Positions 41,543 through 53,018 of a stretch of 64,000 nucleotides of DNA are shown one piece after another. The position numbers were made by a program, and so were the translations under genes. The notes beneath the pieces were generated by a model. The model was not told where the DNA came from. It worked only from the letters and a program-made list of their open reading frames with translations, and ran no database searches. The stretch covers positions 1,604-65,603 of the forward strand of contig DAOUGD010000159.1 of assembly GCA_034429475.1 (NCBI GenBank), read 5' to 3'. Positions within the stretch are counted from its first letter, which is position 1, and the number at the start of each line of letters is the position of its first letter. The stretch comes from Anaerolineae bacterium. Lineage in GTDB: Bacteria > Chloroflexota > Anaerolineae > B4-G1 > SLSP01.

Positions 41543-42104
41543 CCCAATCCAATCACCCAATCTCGACTGGCACAGCGAAGAATGGTGGCTGCGCGCATTC
41601 GAGGACGATCTTACGGCCCAAGAAGCTCACTTATGGGAAGAGCATCTGGGGCAATGCGCCGAGTGTCGCCTGGAATGGGATGCTTTGCACCAGGTAGACA
41701 CTATCCTGCGCACGGCACCACCTCCCCCCGTCCTCAACGTCAACTTCACCGCACAGACCGTAACGCAAGTAACCCAGAAACAGCATTTGCGCATCCTGCT
41801 CAGTTTCCTGGGCAGCGCCTTTATTATCATCCTGGTTTCGTGGTCAGTTTTGAGTTTCCTAGGCAACGCCTATGTCTCAGTAGGGCACACCCTGCATGTG
41901 GTGTTTACCGAGCGCCAGATGCTGTTCAGCTCGCTGGTGCAAACGCTGTTGGCCCTGATCACGAGCTGGAAAATGATCCTTCCCTTTTTACTGGGGTTGG
42001 CCGGGCTGAGTTTTCTGTTGTTGATGCCCAATAGTATGTTGGCAACGCTGCTGTTCCTCTGGCTGTCACGCCGGAAGCCCGCAGCGCTCGCAGTGATGAA
42101 CTAA
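41535..42104 (+). CDS. Zinc-binding anti-sigma factor (ZAS) with TM segments
   Basis: HLGQCAEC (HxxxCxxC) motif, two to three TMs, overlaps the sigma stop. Confidence 0.8.
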   Translation: MRNPIQSPNLDWHSEEWWLRAFEDDLTAQEAHLWEEHLGQCAECRLEWDALHQVDTILRTAPPPPVLNVNFTAQTVTQVTQKQHLRILLSFLGSAFIIILVSWSVLSFLGNAYVSVGHTLHVVFTERQMLFSSLVQTLLALITSWKMILPFLLGLAGLSFLLLMPNSMLATLLFLWLSRRKPAALAVMN

Positions 42105-42133
42105 AAAGATTAACAAAAGGGAGGTTACAAACA

Positions 42134-43285
42134 ATGAAACAACGATGGTTCTTAGCTGTAGTATTGAGTGGGCTATTCTTATGGATAGCCGCGCCGGTTG
42201 CGGCCGGCCCGGGGACGCAAGGGGGTGGTATTCACTTTGGCCCTTACACGCTGGCCTCTGGCGACTCGGCCTCTGGCGATCTCACGGTGTTCGGGCCGGC
42301 CACTCTGGAGGCTAACACGCAATTCGATGGCGATCTGACAGTGATGGGCGCAGCGATCATCCAGAATGGCGCCAGAGTGGATGGCAATCTGGTGGTATTT
42401 GGCGCAGCCGACATTGCCGGCGAAGTAGATGGCGATGTCTTCACGGCAGGCGCAGTAACGTTACAAGAAACCGCCGATGTCAGCGGCGATGTTTCCGCGC
42501 TCGGGCCGATCAGCCAACAAGAAGGCGCTGAGGTGGAAGGCGAGGTCACACCTATGGAAGAGGAAGATTTTGAGTGGGATTTTCCTGTCCAGGAACCGCC
42601 GATCGTGACGCCCGAAATTCATATCGAGCGTCAGCCGGGCTGGGTGCGGGGATTGTGGGGAATCGTCCGCAACATGATCAACGTGTTGGTTATGGGGCTG
42701 CTGGCGCTGGTGGTGGCGAGCATCTGGCCGCGCCCCCTGGAACGGGTCAGCCGGGTGATCGAAGAGACACCGCTGACAGCTTTCGGGATGGGGTTGCTGA
42801 TGCTTCTGATGGTGCCACTGATCTTCGTATTGCTCGCCGTCACTATCTGCCTCCTCCCTCTGGGCATCGTCGGATTGATTATCGTCGGCGTCGGTATGGT
42901 GTTGGGCTGGATCGCCCTGGGTTCTATTGTGGGCCGCCGGGTTTTGGGTGGGCTGCTTAATCAGGCGCAGCCGAACCTGGTCGCCGCGGCGGTACTGGGG
43001 ACGACATTGACGCTCTTGGTCGTGGCTCTGACCAAAATCATCTGGCCAGTCTACGGACTGCTGATGTTCGCCCTGACGCCCCTGGCTGCCGGCGCCGTGC
43101 TGCTGACACGTTTCGGCACGATGCCCTACGCCACACAGGGACGTGCCTTCACTCCCGTCGCGCCGCACCCTTACCCGCGCCCGGCTCCTATGCCCGCCGC
43201 CAAAGAAACCACGCCGTCATCCAACATCCCCTCCACCATGCCGCCGGGGCAAAATGAAGTGGACCGCCTGCCGCCCTCCGAATAA
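42134..43285 (+). CDS. Secreted beta-helix (bactofilin/polymer-forming-like) domain plus multi-TM membrane protein
   Basis: Signal peptide, repeated V.GD(L/V).V.G units, then about 4-5 TMs. Confidence 0.75.
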   Translation: MKQRWFLAVVLSGLFLWIAAPVAAGPGTQGGGIHFGPYTLASGDSASGDLTVFGPATLEANTQFDGDLTVMGAAIIQNGARVDGNLVVFGAADIAGEVDGDVFTAGAVTLQETADVSGDVSALGPISQQEGAEVEGEVTPMEEEDFEWDFPVQEPPIVTPEIHIERQPGWVRGLWGIVRNMINVLVMGLLALVVASIWPRPLERVSRVIEETPLTAFGMGLLMLLMVPLIFVLLAVTICLLPLGIVGLIIVGVGMVLGWIALGSIVGRRVLGGLLNQAQPNLVAAAVLGTTLTLLVVALTKIIWPVYGLLMFALTPLAAGAVLLTRFGTMPYATQGRAFTPVAPHPYPRPAPMPAAKETTPSSNIPSTMPPGQNEVDRLPPSE

Positions 43286-43308
43286 CGGAGGACAGCCATC
43301 AACAACAC

Positions 43309-43341
43309 CAATGACCGGGGAGATCACCTCCCCGGTCATTG
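43309..43341 (+). terminator. Terminator hairpin
   Basis: CAATGACCGGGGAG-ATCAC-CTCCCCGGTCATTG, 14-bp stem. Confidence 0.75.
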
Positions 43342-43512
43342 CATTTTCGGTTCACTGTAGCTACAGTCGCGGGTAAAAAGACATTTTGCGATGACGGAAA
43401 TAGCCCATCACCGCAAAAACCCAGAAAACCATCTTGCTTGGCGGGAAGAAAGGCTGAGGGTATAATACGGTCGCATTGACTAACCACTAAACTCTCTCAC
43501 CTCGGAGGCATT

Positions 43513-44247
43513 ATGATGGACGAACGTTACTCACGGCAAACCGTCATCCCAGAGATCGGCCCGGCAGGCCAGGCCAGATTACATCAGACGCGTGTGTTGG
43601 TCGTCGGCGCGGGAGGGCTTGGCTCACCCATCTTGCTTTATCTGGCAGCCGCTGGCGTCGGCGTGCTGGGGATCGCCGACAATGACCGCATTACGGCCTC
43701 TAACTTAAACCGGCAAATTCTCTACGCCGCCCAGGATGTGGGACGCAGCAAGGCGCTGACCGCCGTGCAGCGCGTGCGCGCGCTCAACCCGGATGTCAAG
43801 GCAATCCCGTATGAAGAACGAGTGCTGCGCGAGAACGGCCTCGCGCTGATGTCCCAATACGATCTGGTGGTAGAAGCCAGCGATAACCTGGAAACCAAAG
43901 CCCTGATGAACGAGCTATGCGTTCAGGCAGGGCTGCCGCTGGTGTGGGGCGCGGTCGCCCGCTTCGAGGGGCAGATGGGGACGTATCTCCCCGGCCACGC
44001 CTGCCGCAGTTGCGTCTTCCCGCAGCTCCCCGCGCCAGGAACGTACCCGACGCCGGCCGAATTGGGCATCGTCGGCGCAGCGGCGGGGGTCATCGGGGCG
44101 CTGCAAGCGACCGAAGCGCTCAAGGTACTGCTAGGCATCGGCGCGCCACTGGTGGACAAGATTTTGCTCTGGGAAGGGCTGAGCGGGACGTTCGATGGGG
44201 TGCAGTTGGAGCGCAATCCACAATGTCCGGTGTGTGGAACCGCGTGA
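43513..44247 (+). CDS. moeB: ThiF/MoeB/HesA family adenylyltransferase
   Basis: VVGAGGLGS, SNLNRQ, SDN, CRSC and C-terminal CPVC zinc motifs. Specific pathway not determinable. Confidence 0.85.
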   Translation: MMDERYSRQTVIPEIGPAGQARLHQTRVLVVGAGGLGSPILLYLAAAGVGVLGIADNDRITASNLNRQILYAAQDVGRSKALTAVQRVRALNPDVKAIPYEERVLRENGLALMSQYDLVVEASDNLETKALMNELCVQAGLPLVWGAVARFEGQMGTYLPGHACRSCVFPQLPAPGTYPTPAELGIVGAAAGVIGALQATEALKVLLGIGAPLVDKILLWEGLSGTFDGVQLERNPQCPVCGTA

Positions 44248-44250
44248 GGG

Positions 44251-44321
44251 ATAATTTGTCAGCAGATTGAGCAGATTACGGCTATAAGAGAAACCGGGGT
44301 TCTGAGAGAACCCCGGTTTCT
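44251..44321. repeat. Half AGCAGATT element plus a perfect 15-bp hairpin (bidirectional terminator)
   Basis: ATAATTTGTCAGCAGATTGAGCAGATT, then AGAAACCGGGGTTCT-GAG-AGAACCCCGGTTTCT (44289-44321) between convergent genes. Confidence 0.8.
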
Positions 44322-44327
44322 GATTTT

Positions 44328-45830
<1,503 letters not shown>

Positions 45831-45860
<30 letters not shown>

Positions 45861-46175
45861 ACCGTTGACGGGGCCGAAGCGACGGTAGTTGATCGCCAGT
45901 TTGTCCATGATCGCCTGCCCCAGGTCTATCTGTGTCACGTAGGCCAGTTGCAGCAAATAGAGCGCCACATCCGCCAGTTCTTCGGCCAGCGCGTCCGCCT
46001 GCGCCGTTTCGCCCCACTGGAAATGCTCCAACACCTCCGCCGCCTCCAACGACAAGGAGATGGCGATGTTGCGCGGCGTCTGTTGGACGGGCGAATCCGG
46101 CCCGTACCAGCCCATCGCGCCCACGAAGCGGTTCATCGCGTCGGTTAATTCGGCAACGGTGTAGTCCTTTGTCAT
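45831..46175 (-). CDS. MazG-like nucleotide pyrophosphohydrolase
   Basis: EAAEVLE..QW, EELADV..YL, KL..N..RF. Confidence 0.85.
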
Positions 46176-46178
46176 CCC

Positions 46179-47687
46179 CTACCCTGCCGACCAGGTGCGC
46201 AGCAATTCCACAAAAAGCCGCACGCCCATCCCGGTCGCGCCCTTGGGGACGTAGGGCTGATCCTTCTCGGTGAATTCCAGCCCGGCAATGTCAATGTGAA
46301 CCCAGGGGACGTCGTCCGGCGTGAACTTACTGAGGAAGCAGCCGCCCATAATCGCGCTGGCCTCGCGCGATCCGCCAATATTTTTGATGTCGGCCACGTC
46401 GCTCTTGAGGGCCTCGTGGTACTCGTCGAAAAGCGGCAGCGGCCAGACGCGCTCGTAGACGGCCTGTCCCGCCGTTTGCAAACGCGCGCAAAGCGCGTCG
46501 TCGCCCATCACGGCGGCGGCGTGCGCGCCCAGGGCGATCACACGCCCGCCGGTCAACGTGGCGATGTCCAGCACAGCCGCCGGCGCGAAGTTGCCGGCGT
46601 AGGTCAGGGCATCCGCCAAAACGAGGCGGCCTTCGGCGTCCGTGTTGAGAATCTCGATGGTCAGGCCCTTGAGGGAGCGCACCACGTCGCCGGGTTTGAT
46701 CGCCTGCGCGTCGGGCATGTTTTCCGTCAATGGCAGCAGCCCCACGAGGTGCAGCGGCAAATCGAGCAGGGCCGCCGCCCGCAGCGCGCCCAGCACCGCC
46801 GCCGCGCCGCCCATGTCGCCCTTCATGCGATCCATCCCCTGACCCGGCTTCAGTGAGATGCCGCCGGTGTCGAAGGTGATGCCCTTGCCCACCAGCGCCA
46901 CCGTCGGCAGATCATCGCGCCCGAGGTTGTGCTCCAAAATCACCATGCGGGCCGGTTCGTCGCCGCCCTGATTGACGCTGAGGAAAGACCCCATCCCCAG
47001 CGCGGTCAGCGCGTCTTTTTCCAGCACCGTGCAACCCATCCCGACCTCTCCGGCCATCTGTCGGGCCACCTCCGCAATGTAGGAGGGGGTGGCGACGTTG
47101 GAGGGGCGGTTTACCAGGTCGCGGGTCAGGGCGGTGGATTCGGCGATCACCTGCCCCACGCGCGCGCCGGTTTCCATGGCGGCTTTGCGCCCGGCGTCCA
47201 ATTCCACTAGCGTCAGCGTTTCGATGTCGGGGCGCACGTCGTCCAGTTTGGTTTTCAACTCGTTGAAACGATACAGGCCCAGCAGCGTGCCTTCCACGAC
47301 GGCCTCGGCGGCCTTCTCCGGGTCAAGGCCGCCGCTCCCCGCGCCGTGCAAGATGGTGTGAAAGTGCGTCACGCCCAGCTCGCGGGCCTTCTTCGCAGCG
47401 GTCGCGGCGGCCTGCCGCGCACCATCAAGCGTAAACTTTTCCGCCTTGCCCAGCCCGACCAGAATCACGCGCTGCGCCGGGATCGCGCCGGCGGGGTAGA
47501 GCACGGCCACTTCGTTGGGCTTTCCCCGAAAGTCGCCCCCGGCAAGCAACGCCCGGAGCTGCCCGTTCAGGGCCTGGTCTACTGCGCCAGTTGCCCCCGC
47601 CGGTTCCGTCACGCCCTCGAATAAATTGACGACGATGGCCTCCGCGGGCTGTGTTTGAATTGCGCCTATCGCGATTTCAATCTGCAT
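46179..47687 (-). CDS. pepA: Cytosol leucyl aminopeptidase (M17)
   Basis: GKGITFDTGGISLK, MKGDMGGAA, NTDAEGRLVLAD, DIATLTG. Confidence 0.96.
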   Translation of the reverse strand: MQIEIAIGAIQTQPAEAIVVNLFEGVTEPAGATGAVDQALNGQLRALLAGGDFRGKPNEVAVLYPAGAIPAQRVILVGLGKAEKFTLDGARQAAATAAKKARELGVTHFHTILHGAGSGGLDPEKAAEAVVEGTLLGLYRFNELKTKLDDVRPDIETLTLVELDAGRKAAMETGARVGQVIAESTALTRDLVNRPSNVATPSYIAEVARQMAGEVGMGCTVLEKDALTALGMGSFLSVNQGGDEPARMVILEHNLGRDDLPTVALVGKGITFDTGGISLKPGQGMDRMKGDMGGAAAVLGALRAAALLDLPLHLVGLLPLTENMPDAQAIKPGDVVRSLKGLTIEILNTDAEGRLVLADALTYAGNFAPAAVLDIATLTGGRVIALGAHAAAVMGDDALCARLQTAGQAVYERVWPLPLFDEYHEALKSDVADIKNIGGSREASAIMGGCFLSKFTPDDVPWVHIDIAGLEFTEKDQPYVPKGATGMGVRLFVELLRTWSAG

Positions 47688-47885
47688 ACTATCTCCTCAA
47701 AAATGGCTCTACAGCCTTTAGTTTAGTGACAATGAATAGGTAAGATTATAACATGGTTATACCGAATATCCAGGTGTTTGCTTTCTCCGGTTTTTGATTC
47801 ATAATGAGTGATATGGGGCCTGGTGTTAAACTTATGGTCAAAGACTCAATGTACGCGCTCCTAGGCGCTGATAAGAGGAACAAGG

Positions 47886-48974
47886 ATGAATACAACAGAA
47901 CTATCTGAAATCCACAAAGTCTTACAAAGTCGCCAACAGGAAATTGCAGATGCCTGGATGGGCGCTCTCGTAAACCTGACACCCATCGCCCTGGATGTAT
48001 CCCAACTCCGGGCGCGTTTTGAAGGTTTCGTGGATCGGTTAGCCTCATTGCTGGTTTCTGAACCCTTTACCCCAAGTCCAGCGCAAGAAGTCGGCGTTGC
48101 CCTGGATATGCTAGAAAACTTCCAGAGCAAAGACATGGTCAAGGTCCAGGAAGTGTTGGCCGATGGACTGGTGAAGGGGATGTCACCTGAGCAAGTGCGC
48201 GCTTTGCTGCCACGCATTGTGGCGGTGTTATCGGAATTGGAAAGTGGTTTTTTCACCGGAAAAACCAACCGCGCCAAACGCTTTGATATGGAAGCGATGT
48301 CCAAGATGGGACACGACCTGAAAACGCCGATTAACGCCATCACCGGCTTCTCACGGGTCATTTTGAAGGGGATTGACGGGCCGATTACCGAATTTCAACA
48401 ACAAGACCTGACCTCCATCTACGATGCCGGGAAGAAATTGCTGGACATGATCAATGATATGTTCGAGGTCGCTAAAAGCGACGCCGCCAAAACGAACCTG
48501 TACGAGAGGTCTTTTGACGTGTCGGATTTACTGGGTGATCTGCTCAAGACAACGCAGCCGATCCTGGCGAAACGCGAACACGCCATTGACATGTGGACCA
48601 GCGGCGACCTCGGCAAGATGCAGGCAGATGCGTCTCAGGTGCGGTGGATCGTGATCGGCCTGCTGTTCCACGCGGCCCGGCTCGCCGAAAAGGGGGGCGT
48701 TTCCCTGGCGGCGGCCCGTGAACGAGTGCAAAACTCCGACTGGCTGCTGTTTGAAGTGACCCGGACGAACGAAGAAAAATCCCTGACGTATGAGCCGCAA
48801 GGTCATCAGCCTATGATTGAGGAACCCGACAAGGATATGGACATCGGCCTGATCACCGCGCTGCGCTTCTGCAAAGAAATGGGTGGCGCCATCACTCTGG
48901 CAAGGGGGGAGGATGGCACGCCCAAGTTCCTGTTGCGCCTCCCCGCACGGGGGATCGCTACAGAACCAGCCTGA
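47886..48974 (+). CDS. Histidine-kinase-like protein with intact HisKA and degenerate ATPase domain
   Basis: GHDLKTPINAITGFS H-box present; N, G1 and G2 boxes substituted. Confidence 0.75.
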   Translation: MNTTELSEIHKVLQSRQQEIADAWMGALVNLTPIALDVSQLRARFEGFVDRLASLLVSEPFTPSPAQEVGVALDMLENFQSKDMVKVQEVLADGLVKGMSPEQVRALLPRIVAVLSELESGFFTGKTNRAKRFDMEAMSKMGHDLKTPINAITGFSRVILKGIDGPITEFQQQDLTSIYDAGKKLLDMINDMFEVAKSDAAKTNLYERSFDVSDLLGDLLKTTQPILAKREHAIDMWTSGDLGKMQADASQVRWIVIGLLFHAARLAEKGGVSLAAARERVQNSDWLLFEVTRTNEEKSLTYEPQGHQPMIEEPDKDMDIGLITALRFCKEMGGAITLARGEDGTPKFLLRLPARGIATEPA

Positions 48975-48991
48975 CGAGTTGGGCTGGCTTG

Positions 48992-49027
48992 CGCACAAAA
49001 GCCCCCATGATCGGGGGCTTTTGTGCG
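48992..49027. terminator. Bidirectional intrinsic terminator
   Basis: CGCACAAAAGCCCCC-ATGATC-GGGGGCTTTTGTGCG between convergent genes. Confidence 0.9.
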
Positions 49028-49064
49028 TAGACAAACTCAATGCGATTTCGATTGCAGGGAGCCG

Positions 49065-50663
49065 CTAAGGGGCCGGCGCAACAGTGGCCGTGGGGGTGGG
49101 CGTAGGCGCCGGAGCGACGTTCCAGCGCGCGGTGACGGTCCCAACGCAGGGGTCGTAATTCGTGCCCAACGTCACCTGGAAATCTACCGGGCTGCCCTCG
49201 GTGGGCTGGGCGACCACCGCGCTCTGGGATAACTTGTAGAGTTGTAGCAAGCGGGCAATCGGCGAACCTTTACTGGTCGTGGTGAAATCCACCACCGATG
49301 TTGTGGGAACCACTTCAACATCCTGAATATCTGTGACCCAAAAGCCCTCCAGACCCAACCGGTAGGCCGCCACCTGTCCCCACCCGCTGTTGCCGGTGCC
49401 GTTGAGTACCTGGACACGGTAGGCGCGTTGAGACGCCCGGCTGGTCACAGGAGGCTGCGCCGCCTCCTGAATGAACTCGTACAACGCGTCATACTTCGGC
49501 ACCAGGACCGCACCGCCGTTGGGCGCTGTCCACGAGGTCAGCAGCGTGCCCCCTCGGATGAAGCGGCTTTTAACGTCGCTTTCGTCCAGCCGTGCTGCCA
49601 CCGATGCCATGTACGCCAATTCTGGCAGGCCCATATCGCTCTCGACGTCGTCCTGATAAACGTTCCACATGTCGTTAATCTGGGGCAGCATGTTCTGGCT
49701 GAGCGCCTGGTGGAAGATCGCGCGCAGGACTTGCTGCTGGCGGCGGTGCCGGTCAAAATCGGACGTATTCCAGCGCGAACGGACATACCACAGGGCAAAT
49801 TTCCCATTCAGGTGATGAAGACCCGGCTCCAGATCAATGTCGGTCACACCGCTTTCGACTTCAGTATCGGGGTACGTATCGTGGAGAGGACACTCTACGA
49901 CAATATCCACTCCCCCGACCGCGTCCACAATGCTGCGGTAGCTGCTGAAGTCTACCAGGGCGTAATAATGAATGGGGATGCCGAAGTTATACTCGATGGT
50001 GGCCTTTGCCAAAGACGGCGCACCGCCCGGATAACCATTTTTGGACCCACGCAGGTAGGCGGTGTTGATTTTGTCCAGCCCCCAGTTAGGAATCCAGGCA
50101 TAATAATCCCGGGGAATGGAAATCAGACTGACCGAGGGCACGCTGGGGTAAATGACGGCGATCATCATCACATCGGTGCGTGCGACTTTTTCGCCGTTCT
50201 GACGGTCGCTGCCCAGCAGCAGAATATTGATGGCGCCTTTGGGTTGTGAGATAATGGGCATCGGCGTGGGCTGCGGCAGCGTTGAAGTGACAACAGCCGT
50301 GCCGGTCAACACCGGAGCGGAAGCCACCGGCGAGATTGACGCCAGGGTGGGTGTAACGGTGGGCGTCTCCGTCGGCGTGGGCGTCTCTGTCGGAACCGGG
50401 GTTTCGGTCGGCGGAGGCGTGAAGGTCCACGTCGGGGGCAACGGGGCGAGCGGGGTATCAGTCGGCGTAACGGAAGGTGTCCATGGAGGCGACGCTATCG
50501 CTGTAGCGGTTGCGCTGGATGGCGCAGGAGCCAGTACTGTTGGGGTGACAATTACCACCAGTGTCTGAGCGCCGATGGATTGCCAGGCATACAGGCCACC
50601 GAGTAAGAGCAGCGCCAGCCCTACGACGATCAACCATTTAAAAGAGCGTATCCAGTGATACAT
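49065..50663 (-). CDS. LCP (LytR-CpsA-Psr) protein with LytR_C domain
   Basis: NILLLGSD, RTDVMM, SIPRD, DKIN, ALWYVRSR..SDFDRHRRQQQV, VQVLNGT. Start moved to ATG 50663. Confidence 0.9.
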   Translation of the reverse strand: MYHWIRSFKWLIVVGLALLLLGGLYAWQSIGAQTLVVIVTPTVLAPAPSSATATAIASPPWTPSVTPTDTPLAPLPPTWTFTPPPTETPVPTETPTPTETPTVTPTLASISPVASAPVLTGTAVVTSTLPQPTPMPIISQPKGAINILLLGSDRQNGEKVARTDVMMIAVIYPSVPSVSLISIPRDYYAWIPNWGLDKINTAYLRGSKNGYPGGAPSLAKATIEYNFGIPIHYYALVDFSSYRSIVDAVGGVDIVVECPLHDTYPDTEVESGVTDIDLEPGLHHLNGKFALWYVRSRWNTSDFDRHRRQQQVLRAIFHQALSQNMLPQINDMWNVYQDDVESDMGLPELAYMASVAARLDESDVKSRFIRGGTLLTSWTAPNGGAVLVPKYDALYEFIQEAAQPPVTSRASQRAYRVQVLNGTGNSGWGQVAAYRLGLEGFWVTDIQDVEVVPTTSVVDFTTTSKGSPIARLLQLYKLSQSAVVAQPTEGSPVDFQVTLGTNYDPCVGTVTARWNVAPAPTPTPTATVAPAP

Positions 50664-50795
50664 ACCTTTTCCCATTGATGATGTATTTTTCATAAGTGTA
50701 AAGCAGTTGCTATAATAACATTTATCGGCGGAAAGGCAAAGGCTTTGGGGTATAAAGACGCGCCGCCTGAGCGGCGCATTTTCACAGAGGTGATT

Positions 50796-51941
50796 ATGCA
50801 AGACAATAAGACAATGCAAACCCAGCCATCCCGCAAGGCGTCCACGGCGGTATTGCGGATGGCCGGCGCCGGCTATGGCGTCTTTTTCGGGTTAGGATTG
50901 GGGCTGTTGGTATGGGGATATGACAGTTTCACGTTGGCGCGCGCTTCTGCCGATCTGGCGTGGGGGACGTTCAGCATCGGCTTTCCCTGCGCCCTGGTCG
51001 TCGGCGGCGTCATAGGATACCTGGGCATCCGCCTGCCGGGGCTGGGCTGGACAACCCTGCTCTGGGCGGTGAGTCTGGGCGCACTTACCTGGGGCGCCGG
51101 ACATCTGCCCTTTGAAGGGTTTGACTTCCTGACCGGGATGGCCGATCCGCGCTTCGCCGGCCTGACGCTGCGACCTTATCTGGAAGCCCATCAGGTGCGC
51201 ACCCTCATCGCGATCATCCCCAACGTCGCCTTAGGCTTTGGGATCGGTTACCTTGAAACCCTGGCGGTAGATTCTGCCTGGGATCACACCAATGCGCGCG
51301 GGCGTATGGGGCTGCGTTCGTGGCTCACCTTGATGCTTGGCCTGCTGGTCGCCAGCGTTCCGGCGTGGATTATCCAGTCGCTGATTATGCAGCCCACCCG
51401 CGACCCGCAGTTACGCGTCGCCAACCTGGTGGCGACCACGTTGCAAGGCGGCGTGGAGGCCGTCAAGGCAAGCGGGCAGAACGGCATCGAAGCGCAGAAC
51501 CATGGGCAACACTTTACACCGCGCTATACTGTTCAATTGGTCGAATTCTCCACCCTCACCCAAGACCTCCATACGTCCTACGTCACGGTTGCCTTTGACA
51601 ATAACTTTGCTTTGCAGTGCATTGTCATGGGCGAGCTGGTCACTTACTGCGAAGATCTGACGAAGAAATTCGACGCGCGCATCGGCGATATGATCTACGC
51701 CGGGCTGACCGGGGAGGAGCGCTGGCTCAGCGATCCGACGAAGACGTTTGTGGTAGAAGACGAGGTAGTGGATTGGCTGCGCAGCCGGCGCGAGCGGCTC
51801 AGCGAGAGTTACAGCGTCATCCGCGCCGGACAAAAAGGGCCTATCACGCTGATGACCGTTCAGTTCGACACCGGCTTCAGGATGACCTGCCGCTTTTCCG
51901 GCGCCGCCATCACCCGCGCAGTCGTCTGTGAAGAGGACTAG
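50796..51941 (+). CDS. Hypothetical membrane protein with C-terminal soluble domain
   Basis: SD GAGGTG before ATG 50796; about 5 TMs; TGCTATAAT promoter at 50708-50716. Confidence 0.65.
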   Translation: MQDNKTMQTQPSRKASTAVLRMAGAGYGVFFGLGLGLLVWGYDSFTLARASADLAWGTFSIGFPCALVVGGVIGYLGIRLPGLGWTTLLWAVSLGALTWGAGHLPFEGFDFLTGMADPRFAGLTLRPYLEAHQVRTLIAIIPNVALGFGIGYLETLAVDSAWDHTNARGRMGLRSWLTLMLGLLVASVPAWIIQSLIMQPTRDPQLRVANLVATTLQGGVEAVKASGQNGIEAQNHGQHFTPRYTVQLVEFSTLTQDLHTSYVTVAFDNNFALQCIVMGELVTYCEDLTKKFDARIGDMIYAGLTGEERWLSDPTKTFVVEDEVVDWLRSRRERLSESYSVIRAGQKGPITLMTVQFDTGFRMTCRFSGAAITRAVVCEED

Positions 51942-51947
51942 TGGCCC

Positions 51948-53018
51948 ATGCCGCCTTTGCTCAAATTCATCGTCCGCCGGCTGTTAGCCGTGCCTGTCAC
52001 CTTGCTGATTATCACCGCGACACTGTACGGTATCCTGATGTTGGCGCCGGTGGAATTGCGCGCCGAGTTGTACATGCCCCGCAGCGCCTCCAACAACCCC
52101 AATTACAACCCGGAACTGCTCAGGCAACAAATCATCAAGGAGCAACGACTTGACGATCCCTACCCCGTGCAATACCTCCGCTGGGTCGGAAACCTGTTCC
52201 GGGGGGATTGGGGCTGGAGTCCGGGGTTCCGCAGCGATGTTCTACCGGCGTTGCTGGCCCGGACGCCGGCCACCGCCGAGTTGACGTTGTACTCGGTGCT
52301 GCTGCTCGTTCCGTTGGGGATCATCGGGGGGGGCATCGCCGGAGCGCGGCCCGACCGCCCGGCAGATTACGGCTTCCGACTGCTGGCGTTCGTCGCTACC
52401 GCCATGCCGCCTTTCATCCTGGCGCTGGTACTGCTGGCGGTCTTTTACGTCGGCCTCCACTGGTTTCCGCTGGGACGGTTGGGCATTTCTGAACAATATC
52501 TGGTCCAGGCACCGACTTTTAAATCCTATACCGGCCTGTTGACGGTGGACGGGCTGCTCAACGGGCAGCCTCACATCACCCTGGATGCTTTGCGGCGGCT
52601 AGTGCTTCCCTGCGTCACGTTGAGTATGGTGCATTGGGCCACGTTGGGACGCATTACCCGCGCCGCTATGATCGAAGAAATGACCAAAGATTACGTGATG
52701 GCGGCGCGCGGCCGGGGACTGCGCCAACATTTCATCGTCTGGAGACACGTGCTGCACAATGCGATGCTCCCCGCGCTAAACAGTATCGCCTTGTCCGCCG
52801 CTTCTCTCATCATGGGAGTCTTCGTCATCGAAGTGGTCTTCACCATCCCCGGGGTGTCAGAACTCATCGTCGCTTCCGCGCGCGGCGCGCCAGACCTGCC
52901 TATGGCAATGGGATTTGCACTCTACAGTGTGGGGCTGGTGCTGCCGGTGATGCTCATTCTGGACGTGGTCCAGGCGCTCGTGGACCCGCGCGTGCGCGAA
53001 GGGGTACATGATCAATGA
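51948..53018 (+). CDS. Peptide ABC permease (OppB/DppB paralog)
   Basis: FIVRRL, GDWGWS, PATAELT, DYVMAARGRGL, VDPRVR. Confidence 0.9.
   Translation: MPPLLKFIVRRLLAVPVTLLIITATLYGILMLAPVELRAELYMPRSASNNPNYNPELLRQQIIKEQRLDDPYPVQYLRWVGNLFRGDWGWSPGFRSDVLPALLARTPATAELTLYSVLLLVPLGIIGGGIAGARPDRPADYGFRLLAFVATAMPPFILALVLLAVFYVGLHWFPLGRLGISEQYLVQAPTFKSYTGLLTVDGLLNGQPHITLDALRRLVLPCVTLSMVHWATLGRITRAAMIEEMTKDYVMAARGRGLRQHFIVWRHVLHNAMLPALNSIALSAASLIMGVFVIEVVFTIPGVSELIVASARGAPDLPMAMGFALYSVGLVLPVMLILDVVQALVDPRVREGVHDQ

Noticed and set aside
47746-48048. 100-aa minus-strand ORF upstream of pepA
   Set aside because: Overlaps the kinase-like gene antisense and the promoter region; no SD or motif.
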